Shown here: positions 1-28,627 of the stretch, one piece after another
Layout of the letters: each line of letters opens with the position of its first letter
Numbering within the stretch: the first letter of the stretch is position 1
DNA from: Tubiluchus corallicola
Taxonomy: Eukaryota; Animalia; Priapulida
Direction of reading: 5' to 3'
DNA: 64,000 bases
Assembly: GCA_030141605.1 (NCBI GenBank)
Contig: JAQGDQ010000271.1
Coordinates: 186,001-250,000, forward strand
The notes under the pieces: generated by a model
Told to the model about the DNA's origin: nothing
What the model saw: only the letters and a program-made list of their open reading frames with translations
Database searches by the model: none
Translations under genes and position numbers: made by a program

Positions 1-527
1 TTTGGTAAGAATATCTTTTTACAGACTTGAAACGGTTCGAAGACCAATCGGGTAACAGTACCTTACCGTATATAATTATACAGACTACGCATTTGGTAAG
101 AATATCTTTTTACAGACTTGAAACGGTTCGAGGACCAACTGGATAACAGTACCTTACTGTATATAATTATACAGACTACGCATTTGGTAAGAATATCTTT
201 TTACAGACTTGAAACGGTTCGAAGACCAATCGGATAACAGTACCTTACCGTATATAATTATACAGACTACGCATTTGGTAAGAATATCTTTTTACAGACT
301 TGAAACGGTTCGAGGACCAACTGGATAACAGTACCTTACTGTATATAATTATACAGACTACGCATTTGGTAAGAATATCTTTTTGCAGACTTTAGACAGT
401 TCGAGGAACAACTGGATAACAGCACCTTACTGTATATAATTATACAGACTACGCATTTGGTAAGAATATCTTTTTTCAGACTTGAAACGGATCGAGGACC
501 AACTGGATGACAGTACCTTGCTGTGTA
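1..527 (+). repeat. 91-bp tandem array (about 6 units, open at the window edge) containing the WASP exon acceptor
   Basis: Units start at 1, 92, 183, 274, 365 and 456; A/B variants alternate (GAAGACCAATCGG / GAGGACCAACTGG). Confidence 0.95.
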
Positions 528-569
528 CACTCATCCGGACGCTTTCCAAATTAAGAATCTACAACTGTC

Positions 570-695
570 ATGGCGACGAAGGGAAACCTAACTGATCCAA
601 ATGAGTTTGGCTACTACCTTCCAAACGACAAGAAGAGAATATTAAGCACACTCATTAGTAGCACTTGTACTGTTTTAGCAGCAGGAGAAGCCCGG
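570..695 (+). CDS. WASP: WASP-like coding exon 1 (MATKG...TCTVLAAGEAR); exon probably starts at 480 after the TTTTTTCAG acceptor
   Basis: ATG in context GTCATGG with an in-frame TGA upstream. The peptide resembles the WASP segment preceding WH1 (xxCxTLATAVVQ|L). Donor CGG|GTATGT is phase 0 and matches the 1822 acceptor. Confidence 0.75.
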
Positions 696-3123
696 GTATG
701 TCAGTTTTATGTAATACGTAAATTTGCACGTCGTATGGTAAATACCCCAATAAAGTCGGGTTTAACGATACGATTTTATGTCGTGTAAACGATTCCTCCG
801 ATTTTGTCGTATCATGTAAACAGGGCTTGTAGACTGTACTGTCACTATTAGGCCTACAGTTTACAATCAATTTCGAAATAGCATCTAAGCAAGTCACAGT
901 CAACATGATTACACGTCAATGAATAATTAATAATAATGATTTAATTCTGGCTACTAATTTGAATGAAATTACAAATTATACCAATGAAACAGCTCAATAT
1001 AGTTTGAAGGTTGTTCTAGGTTTTGAAGTTTTAACTGTGTACTAATCTAGTGTGCTTGTGAAAGCTTCCTTATGTCAGACTTACGTACTGATGCCAGGGC
1101 ATTGATATAAATAGGAATATAATGGTTTATTGATTATATAACAAACATAACGTATGTACAAGCATCAGTAATGAAGATGAGGAGTTCCGCAGCCACTACC
1201 GGAATGAGGATGAGACTTAATTTAAATATCTGTGCGACGTCACACATACGCCACGTGTTTTGAACAAGTGGTGATCGTTTTCTCTGGGTGAAGCCCTACC
1301 CAACGCGGTACAAGTCTGTAGAAAGTGCCAGAATGTTTTCTAAGACACTTCATACTCCGACAATCAGTGCCAGACTGCTAGGTATCTTACAATTCGACAA
1401 TGGCACTGAATACAATAGAAAAGGTTTAACAGAAACTGAACTTCAAACAACTGTCCTATGCAATTGATCACCCACGAACACGAAGCCTAGAGAGCCAGTA
1501 AGACACTTGGACATTTGAAAGGAAACGCACTCGTTAGTTAGCAGCAACAGGAATGTCACAAAAGAGAATCCGTGCGTTTTAATCAAGCATAACGAGTCCT
1601 AAATGTGATGAACTTCATCTATGTGGCATCACTTAAGTTTTCCAATGATTTAACTCTATAGGATCTACGAATATTGCTAAGATATAGCTATAAATAACGC
1701 AACGTGATCGTATAGATAAGTGTTAATAGTAATTAGGCTTGTCATTGTCAATTACTTTTCAATTAAACATTTTATTCAATGTTTTGCGAAATATTTTAAT
1801 ATTTTGTTTGTTTATTTCAAGTTACTCGTGGCGCCAACACCAAATTCCTCAAGATGGGATAAACGAGAAAGGGGAATAGCGTGCTTTGTGAAAGATAACA
1901 CGAGACGCAAATATTTTATCAGAATTTATGACTTGGAACGACAAAGGATGTGCTTTGAGCAACGAATTTTCAAAAGCTTCGAGTACGAAATGAGCACAAA
2001 GTTTGCATTCTTTCACACGTTTCACAAAGACGACGGCTGCCAAGTTGGACTCAAATTCACAGACTCAAGCGCCGCTGAATGGGTTGGTATGACAATCGAG
2101 GAAAAGTTGTGGGAGAGAAAACTAAAAGATCCCAGGAATCTAGATCCTGATATCAAAACTCTTTTAAGGAGCGTTGGCGTAACAGAAGCAGACTACAACG
2201 ATAGGGATACGCGAATATTTATCTTTAAATTCATTAACAGGATGAAAGCTAGCAATGAAACAACGAAAAATTCGCAAGTGAAAAAGCCACGGACAACTGT
2301 ACCAAACCGTCCGTTACCAGCAATTCCACATTCAGAAAAATCGTTTGACAACAAACGCCCATCTCTGATTCAGTATGATGATCTACCACCACCTGTACCG
2401 GACAGACCAGGCGGACGCTCGCGAGCACCGCTTCCTGTACCAGACAGACCAGGCAAACGCTCGTCAGCACCACTTCCTGAGCAACCACTGTCTTCTATTT
2501 CTAGGAAAAACTCAGTACCTTTAGAAACACCAATTAATATTCCAGATCATCCACCGCCACCTGTTCCAACTGTTTCACACAACAATCTATCAACACTTCC
2601 ACCTGATCCACAACCTCTAACACCGCCAAGAAAACCAATCAAGCGGGAACCTCCCCCGCAGCCTCAACCGCCACCTCTTCTTGAGAGAAAGCCAACAAAT
2701 GAGGCACCCAGTCCGCGTGGTAGGGAGGGAAACAAGACACCTAGTTCAGCTTCAGCACCATCACAGCCACCACCAGCCCCACCACCTTCGCCTCCGCAAT
2801 CTTCCGTAAGCCCGAGTATAGTACGGTCCCCACCATCAATTCCACCATCACCACCTCCGCAACCTTCTGTAAGTCTGAATGCAGCACCGTCCTCTCTTTC
2901 AGACAATCAACCACGGGTGGCTCTTTTAGCAGAAATAATACGTGGTATTCAATTAAATCCAGTAACTCAACCTTCAGAAAAGTCCTCAAAACAGTCTAAC
3001 GAAGACATGAACCCGTTTTTCAGTGCTCTACAGATAGCCTTGAAGCAAAGAGAAAGAGTCATACAAGATAATGGCGAGCTTTCGTCAGACGAGGAAGATG
3101 ACGCCGCCTATTGGTCGGATTAA
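570..3123 (+). CDS. WASP: WASP/N-WASP-family actin nucleation-promoting factor, join(570..695,1822..3123)
   Basis: WH1/EVH1 domain (GIACFVKDNTRRKYFIRIYD...FFHTF...VGLKF), GBD C-terminal helix region (NLDPDIKTLLRSVGVTE), long Pro-rich region, WH2 (RVALLAEIIRGIQLNPV), C helix (ALQIALKQRERVI) and acidic tail with terminal Trp (SSDEEDDAAYWSD). Phase-0 intron 696-1821 with GTATGT donor and TTTCAAG acceptor. Confidence 0.9.
1822..3123 (+). CDS. WASP: WASP-like coding exon 2 (WH1 to VCA)
   Basis: Real part of ORF 1720..3123. The first 34 aa of the ORF are AT-rich intron ending in TTTATTTCAAG. Confidence 0.88.
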   Translation, partial: LLVAPTPNSSRWDKRERGIACFVKDNTRRKYFIRIYDLERQRMCFEQRIFKSFEYEMSTKFAFFHTFHKDDGCQVGLKFTDSSAAEWVGMTIEEKLWERKLKDPRNLDPDIKTLLRSVGVTEADYNDRDTRIFIFKFINRMKASNETTKNSQVKKPRTTVPNRPLPAIPHSEKSFDNKRPSLIQYDDLPPPVPDRPGGRSRAPLPVPDRPGKRSSAPLPEQPLSSISRKNSVPLETPINIPDHPPPPVPTVSHNNLSTLPPDPQPLTPPRKPIKREPPPQPQPPPLLERKPTNEAPSPRGREGNKTPSSASAPSQPPPAPPPSPPQSSVSPSIVRSPPSIPPSPPPQPSVSLNAAPSSLSDNQPRVALLAEIIRGIQLNPVTQPSEKSSKQSNEDMNPFFSALQIALKQRERVIQDNGELSSDEEDDAAYWSD

Positions 3124-6100
3124 CAATCAGAAAGAACTACGGTCAGTTGGAAAGGCGGCTTCGAAGTTGTTACACATTTTCAACAGTGCTGTTTGATCAG
3201 TCTAACTTAACATGCATAAAGCTGTGAACAATAATCACCTGATGTCTTAAAAGTCTTTATTTTTCTTAGAAGCTTTCGTCCCCCACGGATTTAATCAGCT
3301 AGAATCAACTTGGTCTTGATATAGCCCAGATGTATATCTTTCAAAATTTAGGCTGCATCAAGTTCATTACAAATGATTAAATCTGGTAAATCTGTGACTT
3401 TCTAAAGCTACTGAGAAAAATATTTTGCATTTTGGCTTTTACGGTTATGCCATGGTGCGTCTTAGAATAGCACTATAATTTTTTCACTTGGAGTGTTATG
3501 AAACGATAGATGTTATTACAAAGTGCATCTCGAGGACTGAGTAGCTTTACGTATTCAGCAATCCGGCTGAATTTATGTCTTTTAATCTGTGACATTAATA
3601 AAGAAATTTGAATTTGGTTGGGCAGGTAATAACAGCTATGATTATAACAAATCGTATAATCAAAACTGTTGATCGATCAGTTTCATTTTCTTGCTTGCCG
3701 TTTCCTCACTTTTTCGCCTGGACCCCTTTTTCGTGTTCTGTAGTTCAGTCTATTTTTTTCCTGTTTTAGTTGTTGAGTTTAACTCATCCTCGAATAGGTC
3801 AACTTTCTCTCAACTCACGATACTGTTACCTGCAAATCAGGATTTGCTACAACTTGGAGAGGGTAAATGTGTGACAGCAGAAGTCAAGTAATGTCGAGCC
3901 TGGTTATAGTAAAGGGATGGGTGATTGTCATTCGCTAGAAAAAGTGTTTGGTGTGCTTTCTTTTGGCGCACAATGGCAATGAGTACCATTTGGCAGTGGG
4001 GGGGGGGGAATGCAGCTTTGAGGTTCTTTGAGCCCAATTTCTTTAGGAAGGAAGTCATGAAATTTAATGAAATTTGTGTCAAATTTTAAGTTATGGTTAG
4101 TTATTTTTAATTAAAGAAAACACGTTTTTATGTTACATTTTGCAGAGATCTGATTATTAATTTTCTTGTCATTTTACATTGTTTCTGTTTGGACTTTTTG
4201 GTTTATCCTTTTATATCCTTGAATGGGATTAATCCATGCCAATTATGGTGACATATGTGGTTGGTAAATACGTCATGCAAACAACTGTAGTGAATGACAC
4301 TTATGTGTGGCACTGCTATTGAGGCAATCCATGTTCAACAGGCAATGATAATATGTTCAAACTCCCTACATATATATATTGCAATGTTCCGGTGAGCAGT
4401 CAAACGTTTTAGATTTTTTTGGATAGAATGCTTGCAATGCAATGTATTATTACGTCATAATAATTAAGTACTGCATTTTTGCACTTTCTTTAAGAGTATC
4501 TGCTGTCCTTAATGCTTGCAATTTTATTATTTTTGTGATCACGCAACATTTACTCCAATTTTAACCAATTTCTTTTCAAGTCTACTCTTTATTCTTATAC
4601 AAAACAGTCTGATGAATTTATTCCATTAATCTTATTTATGTATGGAGTCTTAAAAAAATTAATTATGCATATAAATTTAGCGTTTTTAATAATTATGATT
4701 TCTATAATAATAAATTACTTCTTAATAATTATGATAAACAAGATTAGTTTCAGGATGGAGCTGACCTTAAGCAAGTGATGATAAACAAATCCAACCGCTC
4801 AAATCATTTAAGAAAATGAATGAATTTATTATTTTTTGAGCAAAAATACAAAACATTAAGGCACAAAATAACACAGGCGGTTAAAATACACAGTTGCTCA
4901 CAGAAAACTAACAAGAAACAATTTAAAAAGTTAAAATTAATAGTGAATAAGAATAAATGCAAATTTTATACTGCACTCATATCTCGGTTTGCCGGACTCC
5001 GCTTTTACGGATATCGGAAGAATGTGACAAACCTGGACCGTTAAAAGTCCCGCGTACTACGAACACAGTCCATTGTTTCGCGAGCTGACCGCTAGATGGC
5101 AGGCCGTCACTTTGTTTACATCATTTCATCAGTGTAACCAAGCAGCGTATAACAAGATAGCGTGTAATTATGCAGAGTTATTTGACTCAATTCCCGACAG
5201 CTTCTATATACTTTTGCATACGAACGGTCCGTACTAGACGTTTTTGAGACAAATGGGTGATTGATTCTACAATACCGTGAGTCTAATACACGTCGCCTAC
5301 TGTATTAGCTTAGTATCGATAAATATGGGCAATCTGCAAATTCGGACCAACATTTCCCCGCTTTTGTCTGACAAACCAAGATATGAGTGTACTTACATTA
5401 CTAGTTAAGTACATGTAGTAAATATACTTTTCAACTCTTGACAAAACAGGGTTTTTGCTGGACCTTACTTAAAAATCTAAGAAGATTTTGTCTTGCACAT
5501 ATATACCTGCAACGCAATAATTACAGAAATTACCAAATAATTTAATAAATAACTACTGTTGCCATAAGAACATTAGGCACAAACAGCACTATAACGTCTG
5601 TTAAGTTCCTGCTTGCATCAGCCACGGATTCGTAAACAATTGTTTTCTAAATGCATTAATATTAATACTGCAAATGCATTTAATTTAGTTATCAACGTTG
5701 CACAAATGTTGTAATTAAATTTACATATGAAAAACAAAATCCCAGCTCATATTCAACACACTTACAGCATCTGCCATTAGGCAATGAATTCAAGTTTTAT
5801 TCACCAACCTTGCTGAAATTTAGAGTTACAAATCTGCTTTAAATTATATAGAGCGCACCGTGTGCCATATTTAAGACATAACAGCAGTGAATAAACGGAC
5901 CTGAAAGTATCAGACTTTTGCTAAATCAGTGGGGAAATTAAAAGTTGTACATCTGTGACAATAACATTTGTTATATAAATATCACAACTTGCTATGATAC
6001 AAAGCAGGTAAACAAGTAGTTTGCTAAAAAAAGAAAAATTTGACTGACAACCCAGTACCTACTCTCTGTTGACTACATTTTGATGGTGAAATAGTACTAA

Positions 6101-7238
6101 TTACTACTATAATGGTTTCTTAATCTCCCTATTTAGCTACTGTATATACACCAATATGTGGCGAGCACAAAGTTTTACAAAAACAAATCTTAGCTAATTC
6201 TAAACTAATTACATAGGTTAAATTTTTAATTTACCCTCAACATTTTGAATCAGAATTAAAAAAATAAGAACGTACATTTTAAAGATAAAAAATCACCATT
6301 TGAAAATCATTATAAAAATACTCAACAACTCTACAAACAACTAATGTCAAAACTACACAACCAGCTCATTTTTAGTAATAATAATAATAATTAACATACC
6401 TCAGTAGATTAAATAAAATGAATTCATAACATATTGCAGTTTGGTTAAAAATATTGCAGCATACGTTTCTAGTTTTCACGTAAGACACATCACAAGAAAT
6501 GTCCATGACAAGATCAATGTTGCAGCATACGTTTCTAGTTTTCACATAAGACACATCACAAGAAATGTCCATGACAAGATCAATGAATCATTTCACACAA
6601 AATATTGTTTTAGAATTTTGCACACATTATAGTTCATCATAAAAAAACACTCCCCTGACTTGCAAATTTTGAAATGCATTTAAAAGTATATCAAAGTTAT
6701 CTTTTCAATGCTAAAAACTTAACACTTTTTTAATTTCAAATACAATGCTCACGTCCATCTTGCCAGCATGTGCTTTTTCTGCAATTTTATCACAGAATTC
6801 TGCAAAACGATTGTAACGGAAGCAAAACAATACTGTATATGATGAAATATTACATTAATACAAGACCATCTTCACAGATTTATAGTACAGAGTTATTTCA
6901 CGTAAAAACAAAAAGTCAACTATTCACACTATTTATTAAGCACAGTTTATAGTAGAATAAAAGGGAATTTTAAATATGCCAAAGAACTTTCTATACAATG
7001 TTATATTACTTAGCATCATGCTTACCTGTTTGAAAGACTTATTGTAAAAGAAAATTCTTAGTAACTTAAAATGTTTGTATCAACCAGTAAAACTTCATTG
7101 TATCACCAGCCCAGTGTCCGCTGTCAACACATTGTTAATCTTATTGACAATATAAAGTAATTTAAACTTTTACTTAGTTAGTGAAATGTGCGGCACGAAT
7201 ACTCTGATTATTTTTTCAAGCTTTACACAATGTTATCT

Positions 7239-7662
7239 CAGGGTTCCCACCTTTTAAAATAAATTTCCCTGAGTTTCCCCTGACCAAATATTGATTTTCC
7301 ATGACCAAGATAAGCAGAAATTGCATTACCAGTATACATATTAATTATTTTTGTGTATGGACACATTCATACATATACTGTTATATAATGTGTCCGTCAT
7401 TCATTATTTTAGAACAGAAATCGAAACTGGGAGCCTGCCATAGCAAAAATTTTATTTGAACAAGAATCGCTGAAAAATATGTTTGGAAAAAATATCGGTT
7501 CATGGTAATTATTTTTACAGCCCTTTCTAATTTCCCTGACTTTATGCCCCATTTTCCATGACTTTTTACCAAATTATTTTTTCCCTGATTTTTTCGTGGC
7601 TTTCCAGGATAGCATTTATTTTCACGCATTTTCCAGGATTTTCCCTGACCGTGGGAACCCTG
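7239..7662. mobile_element. MITE (CAGGGTTCCCAC TIR) with 6-bp TSD, inserted in an older dispersed repeat
   Basis: TSD TTATCT; the empty site ACAATGTTATCTAAACTTG is visible in the paralogous repeat at 28381. Confidence 0.85.
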
Positions 7663-10257
7663 TTATCTAAACTTGCTTCAAATGACTTTCTGTTAAAACA
7701 GGTACGCCTAATTGTCAATGTAGGAATGTACAATCTAGAAATTTACAAGTTTTATACAGCGTTGCTGTTAACGTATATGCAATAAGATAACATGTAAGTG
7801 AAACACAATTTCAATATGAATTTTCAAGCTTTATTTATGAAGACTGTTTTCTTGTGATATCTGATCTAGGTCCTGTACTAGATCAGTAGCCCTCTGTATC
7901 ATCCATATCAATTCAACCATCTATTCAACAGCTTAATGTAAAATCTGTAGTGACTCGAAAAAATTCAAAAATGAACTAAAAATACTGTACTAGATTTCAA
8001 AAAAATAACTAATATAAAAAGATCAAACCAGGTCTCACGTCTTATGAACGTTCAACCAGTTGTCTGTAGTCAGTGGCCGATCAAAACCTGTCATACATTC
8101 ACATCATATCAGCAAATTACCTATGTAATTATACTAAAATCAATATACCGTATTAATGAATACATTAATACGGTATATATATATATATATATATTTATGT
8201 ATTATGTATAATCAATATACCTATCGTCAAAATGGCTGCACCTAATGGTATCGCTGAAGTTTAAATTTACAAGTTTTATACAGGGTTACTGCTCATGCAA
8301 GCTCTGTATCTAATGAGACAGCATATAAGTAATATAAAATTTCAAGACATATTTTTAAGCTTTAGTTATGAAGAGTGTTTTCTTGTGCTTTAAGTGAAGT
8401 TACTGAGATTGTCTAACACAGGGATACAATCGTGCGATGAATAAGTCACACGGATAAATTCAAAAAATACCCGAATTTTCAAGTACATGCAGCCATGCAA
8501 CTTAAAAAAAAGATATGTAATTAGATTAGTAAACTGTGTTAATAAAAAGAGAAGTATATCTCAAGTTTCTTAAATTTTCAACTGACGTAGCTAGTGCTGA
8601 GCATACTGATAGCACAGCTATTAACAATATACCACAAACTGTTATTAAAGCATTGATTTTTCATAACTTAGCCTGGTATTAGACATCACATATGAAAAGC
8701 TTGAAAAAATAAATAAAAACAAATCGGAATGGATCACAGTAAAACACTATAATACTTACGGAAAGCACATTAACAAAAAAGCGTCAGAGATGGTACCAGA
8801 TATGAATAAACCAGCTAAACGTAGATTTTGCTTAATCCGTCTACGCTTAGCTGTCTCATAAATTTCTTTAACACGATCCCATACCGGAAAGTTCGCAAAA
8901 ATATTTAAAGTTTTAATGGCTTCACAAAACAAGATGCAAAAATCTAAAATGCTTCCTGAACAAGTGTTAATAATAATGCCGCCTAATAAAGGTAAACCCA
9001 AACTTTATTAAAGCAAAACTAATCAATGAGTCAAGCAGAAAGTTTCCTAAAATCAAACATCACTCATTCATCTTAGGTTCAATAAATATTCATTTTGTGT
9101 TTTTTTTTGAGAATACGAAGAAAAAGTAAATTTTTCGTACCAGGATGTCTAAAAAATGATACCTAGTTCTTTCATTATGGCAGTTTTCGTGAAGACGAAT
9201 CACAGATTTAAACACCGCATTTGAGCACAAAAAAAGATTGTTTGACTCGTGCAAAAAATGATGCAAATAACGAGCTCTAATACAAATTCTGTAGTCGGCT
9301 GTATGGAAAACAGCGGACGCCCTGTTGTGCAATACAAAACCGCATTCAACTGCGAAGCAAAAAAAGCCCTTGAGCGACACGCTTTTGAAGTACAATTTGA
9401 TATGCAGACTAGCAATCATTGTCTATACATGCATGGCATTCAAATCTATGAGAACAATGCACAGCAGAAACAATGTGAGAACAATGCACAGCAGAAACAA
9501 TGTGATTCTTGATTTTCTTTCAATTGTATTTTTTATGCTATTTTTAGTGCAGCATTTCACTGCGTTAGAACAAAAATCTTCAGAAAAGTGTCAACTCTTC
9601 TAAAATGTCTTGGAAACTAAACTTTCAGTCTGGGTGCTTAATACCAATTAGTACGTTTGTTCACATTTGTAAAGTCACGAAGAATACTAGCTGATTACTG
9701 TTGCTACATCGTTGGCATTACACCAACAGTTAACTGACAACGCTCTAAGAAAAGCAGCAAGAACTTCAAAAGGAAACCAATAGGTATTTGACTAAAAGAT
9801 CAGTTTCCATAAATTCTTGGGCAACGAGGTTAATTGCAGTAGATGAGCAGGTGTGAGATTAAAAGCAAAATTGCTACTCTGGCAAAGTAGTGCATGATAA
9901 CCAAACTACAAACAAAACGGTACCTAACACGATTGTTTCTACATATGTTACTGCTTATAGAAGTGAAGTAAAGAAGTGACATAAAAGTAGTAAAAACACT
10001 TTTTTCAATGACTTTCTTATTTCAAGAGCCCGCAGCAAAAATATTGAGTCAGTTATGTCGAGTTATTTGAGTCAAACGTCAGCAGTTTTTATGTGGCCCG
10101 TAATAAGCATTTTTAAGTGAATTACTGAGTGATTCTATTAAGCGTGAGTCTAATAAAGAGCGGATACTGTAGATCAGAATGAAAACTTGCTGAAATAAGA
10201 GTGAACATGTTGTTTACTATATAAAAAAATCATTGAATAGTTTTGCCATTAAATAAA

Positions 10258-10670
10258 GTTCTGGATCTCAATAATGCTTTAAATAATACTAAGACAATGA
10301 CGGTAATGTTTCAGCATTACTGCACAGTGCACAGGTATAGGCAGTCATATAGTAACTAAATTGAAAGACATAAGACTTTTCAGCAGAGTTCTTCAGTGTC
10401 TAATTATGCAATTATACCAAAATATTAGGTAAAACCACACAACTACAATTGTTGCTAAAAGCAGCCATGTTTGTTAACGAATAAAATTGGTATTTGATTC
10501 AGTAATTAAAACAGAATATTTTGACATAATTGCAGAAGTCCAATGAAAAGTCTTATGTTTTTCAATTTAGTTACTGTATGACTGCATATACCTGTGCACT
10601 GTGCAATAAATGCTGAAACATTACCATCATTGTCTTGGTATTATTTAAAGCATTATTGAAGTTCTGAACT
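10258..10670. repeat. Foldback inverted repeat with arms of about 125 bp
   Basis: 10268-10381 is the reverse complement of 10547-10659 with a few mismatches. Confidence 0.88.
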
Positions 10671-10752
10671 CTGTCTAAACTATAGTTATGTGCAGTGTAG
10701 CTCTCTACAGAACACAGGGTGCACCACCAGTGCAAAGCCTAGCAACAAGTTA

Positions 10753-26112
<15,360 letters not shown>

Positions 26113-27110
26113 CTGAAGATAAACAGAAAAAACTATCATTTAGCAAATTGTCATTTAGCAAAGTGACTTTGCTCAAGTCGCCATTAAAATTTAACAATTC
26201 TGCTGCAAGGGCAATAGTACCTTGTATAACTTATGTAATTATAAATCAAATGTATCACAGAATAAAAAAAGCTATGTCATACTTATAATTATTTCAGTGG
26301 TATATATTTGTATATATATAACCGACGAGGCTGCAGGTCTAACGACGGCATCATTCTCGATGATCCTGTACATCAAACAAAAGGTCTCGACCCACAGATT
26401 TGCACCCAGGGGGGGGGTTATTTTTCGAATTGGGCCCACTGGGAAGAATGGAGTGCAAAAAACCTCCCAAATCGCCCTTTTTGGATGTTTTTCACAAAAA
26501 ATCGTAGCACTTATATCTCTCATTTCTAGATAACAGGAACATACCGGGGGGGGGGGAGGGGGGGTGATGCCGGAAATGGTTGAACAGCCCGTTCAATGCT
26601 GGGTGTTATAGGTGTATTTAGATTTTGTGGGATGGTCACAGTTTACTGTAATGGGCGTTTCCCCCTTACCCAACTCCCGATTTTTTCAAAATTTTGACCG
26701 AGTACAAAGAACATTCTAGCAGTGCTTAGTGGGGCTTCAGGTAGGTGACACATAGCTCTTTGGAAAGAGGTGAAATAGAGCTACATGATGATGCGAGTCA
26801 CGTTTTAGGGCGGCTCCACCAAGAGGAGAGGTGATATGGTGTGGCTGATGTGGTGTGGGTGATGTGTTATGAGTGGTGTAACAAGTGTAAATGGTGTGGT
26901 ATGGTATGGATTATTATTGTACGTTTGTGCGCAAAAGTTTTTGCGGGGTTTGGCTAGTACTTATTAATTCTCTTATATAATTTTTCGTTTTCATTTTTTG
27001 CCCACACTCAGACATTCATGGAATCACATATAGCAGAATGAAATGGAACAGAACAGAACAAACAGAATACATAAGAACAGAATGCAACACAGCAGAACAA
27101 CACAGAAAAG

Positions 27111-27619
27111 CAGGGATGAGAATGACAAATTGTAAAAAACTTTGAAACAGGCCGGGGGTTTTGGGGCCACCTAGGCCCCCAATGGAGTTCAAGGGGAGAA
27201 AGCAACAAATTGCAATTTTGTGACCATAGAGAGCCTCTAAGTGGACTTAAAATATCAGTTACCTTGTTTCATGCATAATTTAAAATACCCAACTATCAAG
27301 GATACATGATACCTAATTGTCTCAAAAACGCCTAAGTACTGGCCGTTCCTATGCAAAAGTATATAAAAACTGTCTGCAATTGACTCAAATAACTCCGCAT
27401 AATTGATTCTATATTTTTATACATAGAGATATACACGTGGTTACACTGATGTACGTGATGTAAACAAAGTGACGGCCTGCAACCTAGCGGCCAGCTTGTG
27501 AAATAATGTATTGGGTCCATAAAAATTTTCTCAACGAATTTACGCGATTAACAAAAATGGCACTACTAGTCTTCCAAAAACTTGGAATTCCGCGTATCCG
27601 CGGAAAATTCTCATCCCTG
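27111..27619. mobile_element. MITE family A
   Basis: TIRs present; perfect 8-bp TSD CAGAAAAG. Confidence 0.92.
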
Positions 27620-28627
27620 CAGAAAAGAATAGGACTGAGTAGGTCGATTAGACAGCCACAAGATATGGGTTTCACTGAAATTTGCCCAAACTCAGTATTC
27701 ATATCCACAAAAATATAAGTGAACAGAAGAAACTCCATTAATACAACACGAAAACAACAAGCACTGATGTGATGAAATGAAACAGATATAAAAATCGTTT
27801 ACCATGAAGCTTCGGCAATGCATATTGTTCAAATAAGGCATGAATAACAGAAACAAGGACAAATAACGACTCATATTTCAACACGACGTCTTTGTACTAT
27901 GCTTAAAGGACAAGAAAAGGGGTACCTGAAGTAAGTTTCAGAAAAATCGCCTTAAAAATTATATTACTTTATAGCAATTTTATGCGTATATCGTACTCGC
28001 ACTGAAAGGAATTTTAGTTTGTTTTCATTTTAAATCTCCCGCAATACTGTTCCGAAGTCGCCATTACATGACGTCATGTACCAAACGTAAATCAAGGGAA
28101 GAAAAGGCAATGTTAAATTATATCTCAAAAGACTTTCCGTGCAAATCTATATTACTTGGATTTTCGCTTACCTACTAGAAAGACTTATGTAACTAGAAAA
28201 GAAAATTATTAATTATTTAAAATGTTTTCACCAATTGGTAAAATCTCGCTGACTCCAGGGTGCACCACTCACTAACCAAAAAACGTAATTTTAATCTTAT
28301 TGACAAGACAGTAATTTTAAATTTTATTTAGTTAGTGACTTGTGCGCTACGAATGCTCTGATTATTTTTTCAAACTTTACACAATGTTATCTAAACTTGT
28401 TTCAAATGACCTGTCGTGAAAATGGCTGCGCCTAACGGTCATCGCGGGAGTTTAAATTTACATGTTTTATACAGCGTGACTGCCGATTGAAGTCCTGTAT
28501 GCAAAAAGGCAGTACGTAAGTGATATAAAATTTCAAAACGAATTTTTCAAGCTTTATGATTATGAGGGGTTTTCTTGTGCTTTAATTCATCACGCTAGCA
28601 ATACGTGACTGCTTGATGTGCTTGTTC

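Noticed and set aside
1720-1821. N-terminal 34 aa of ORF 1720..3123
   Set aside because: AT-rich intron ending in an acceptor; the real N-terminus is better explained by exon 570-695.
8756-9603. Cluster of short ORFs downstream of the rhomboid gene
   Set aside because: No recognisable domain or coherent exon chain; possibly decayed transposon sequence.
27803-27874. Candidate rhomboid first exon MSRYLSL...RSFM|gtaaac
   Set aside because: The phase fits but the donor is weak and there is no resemblance to rhomboid N-termini; unsupported.
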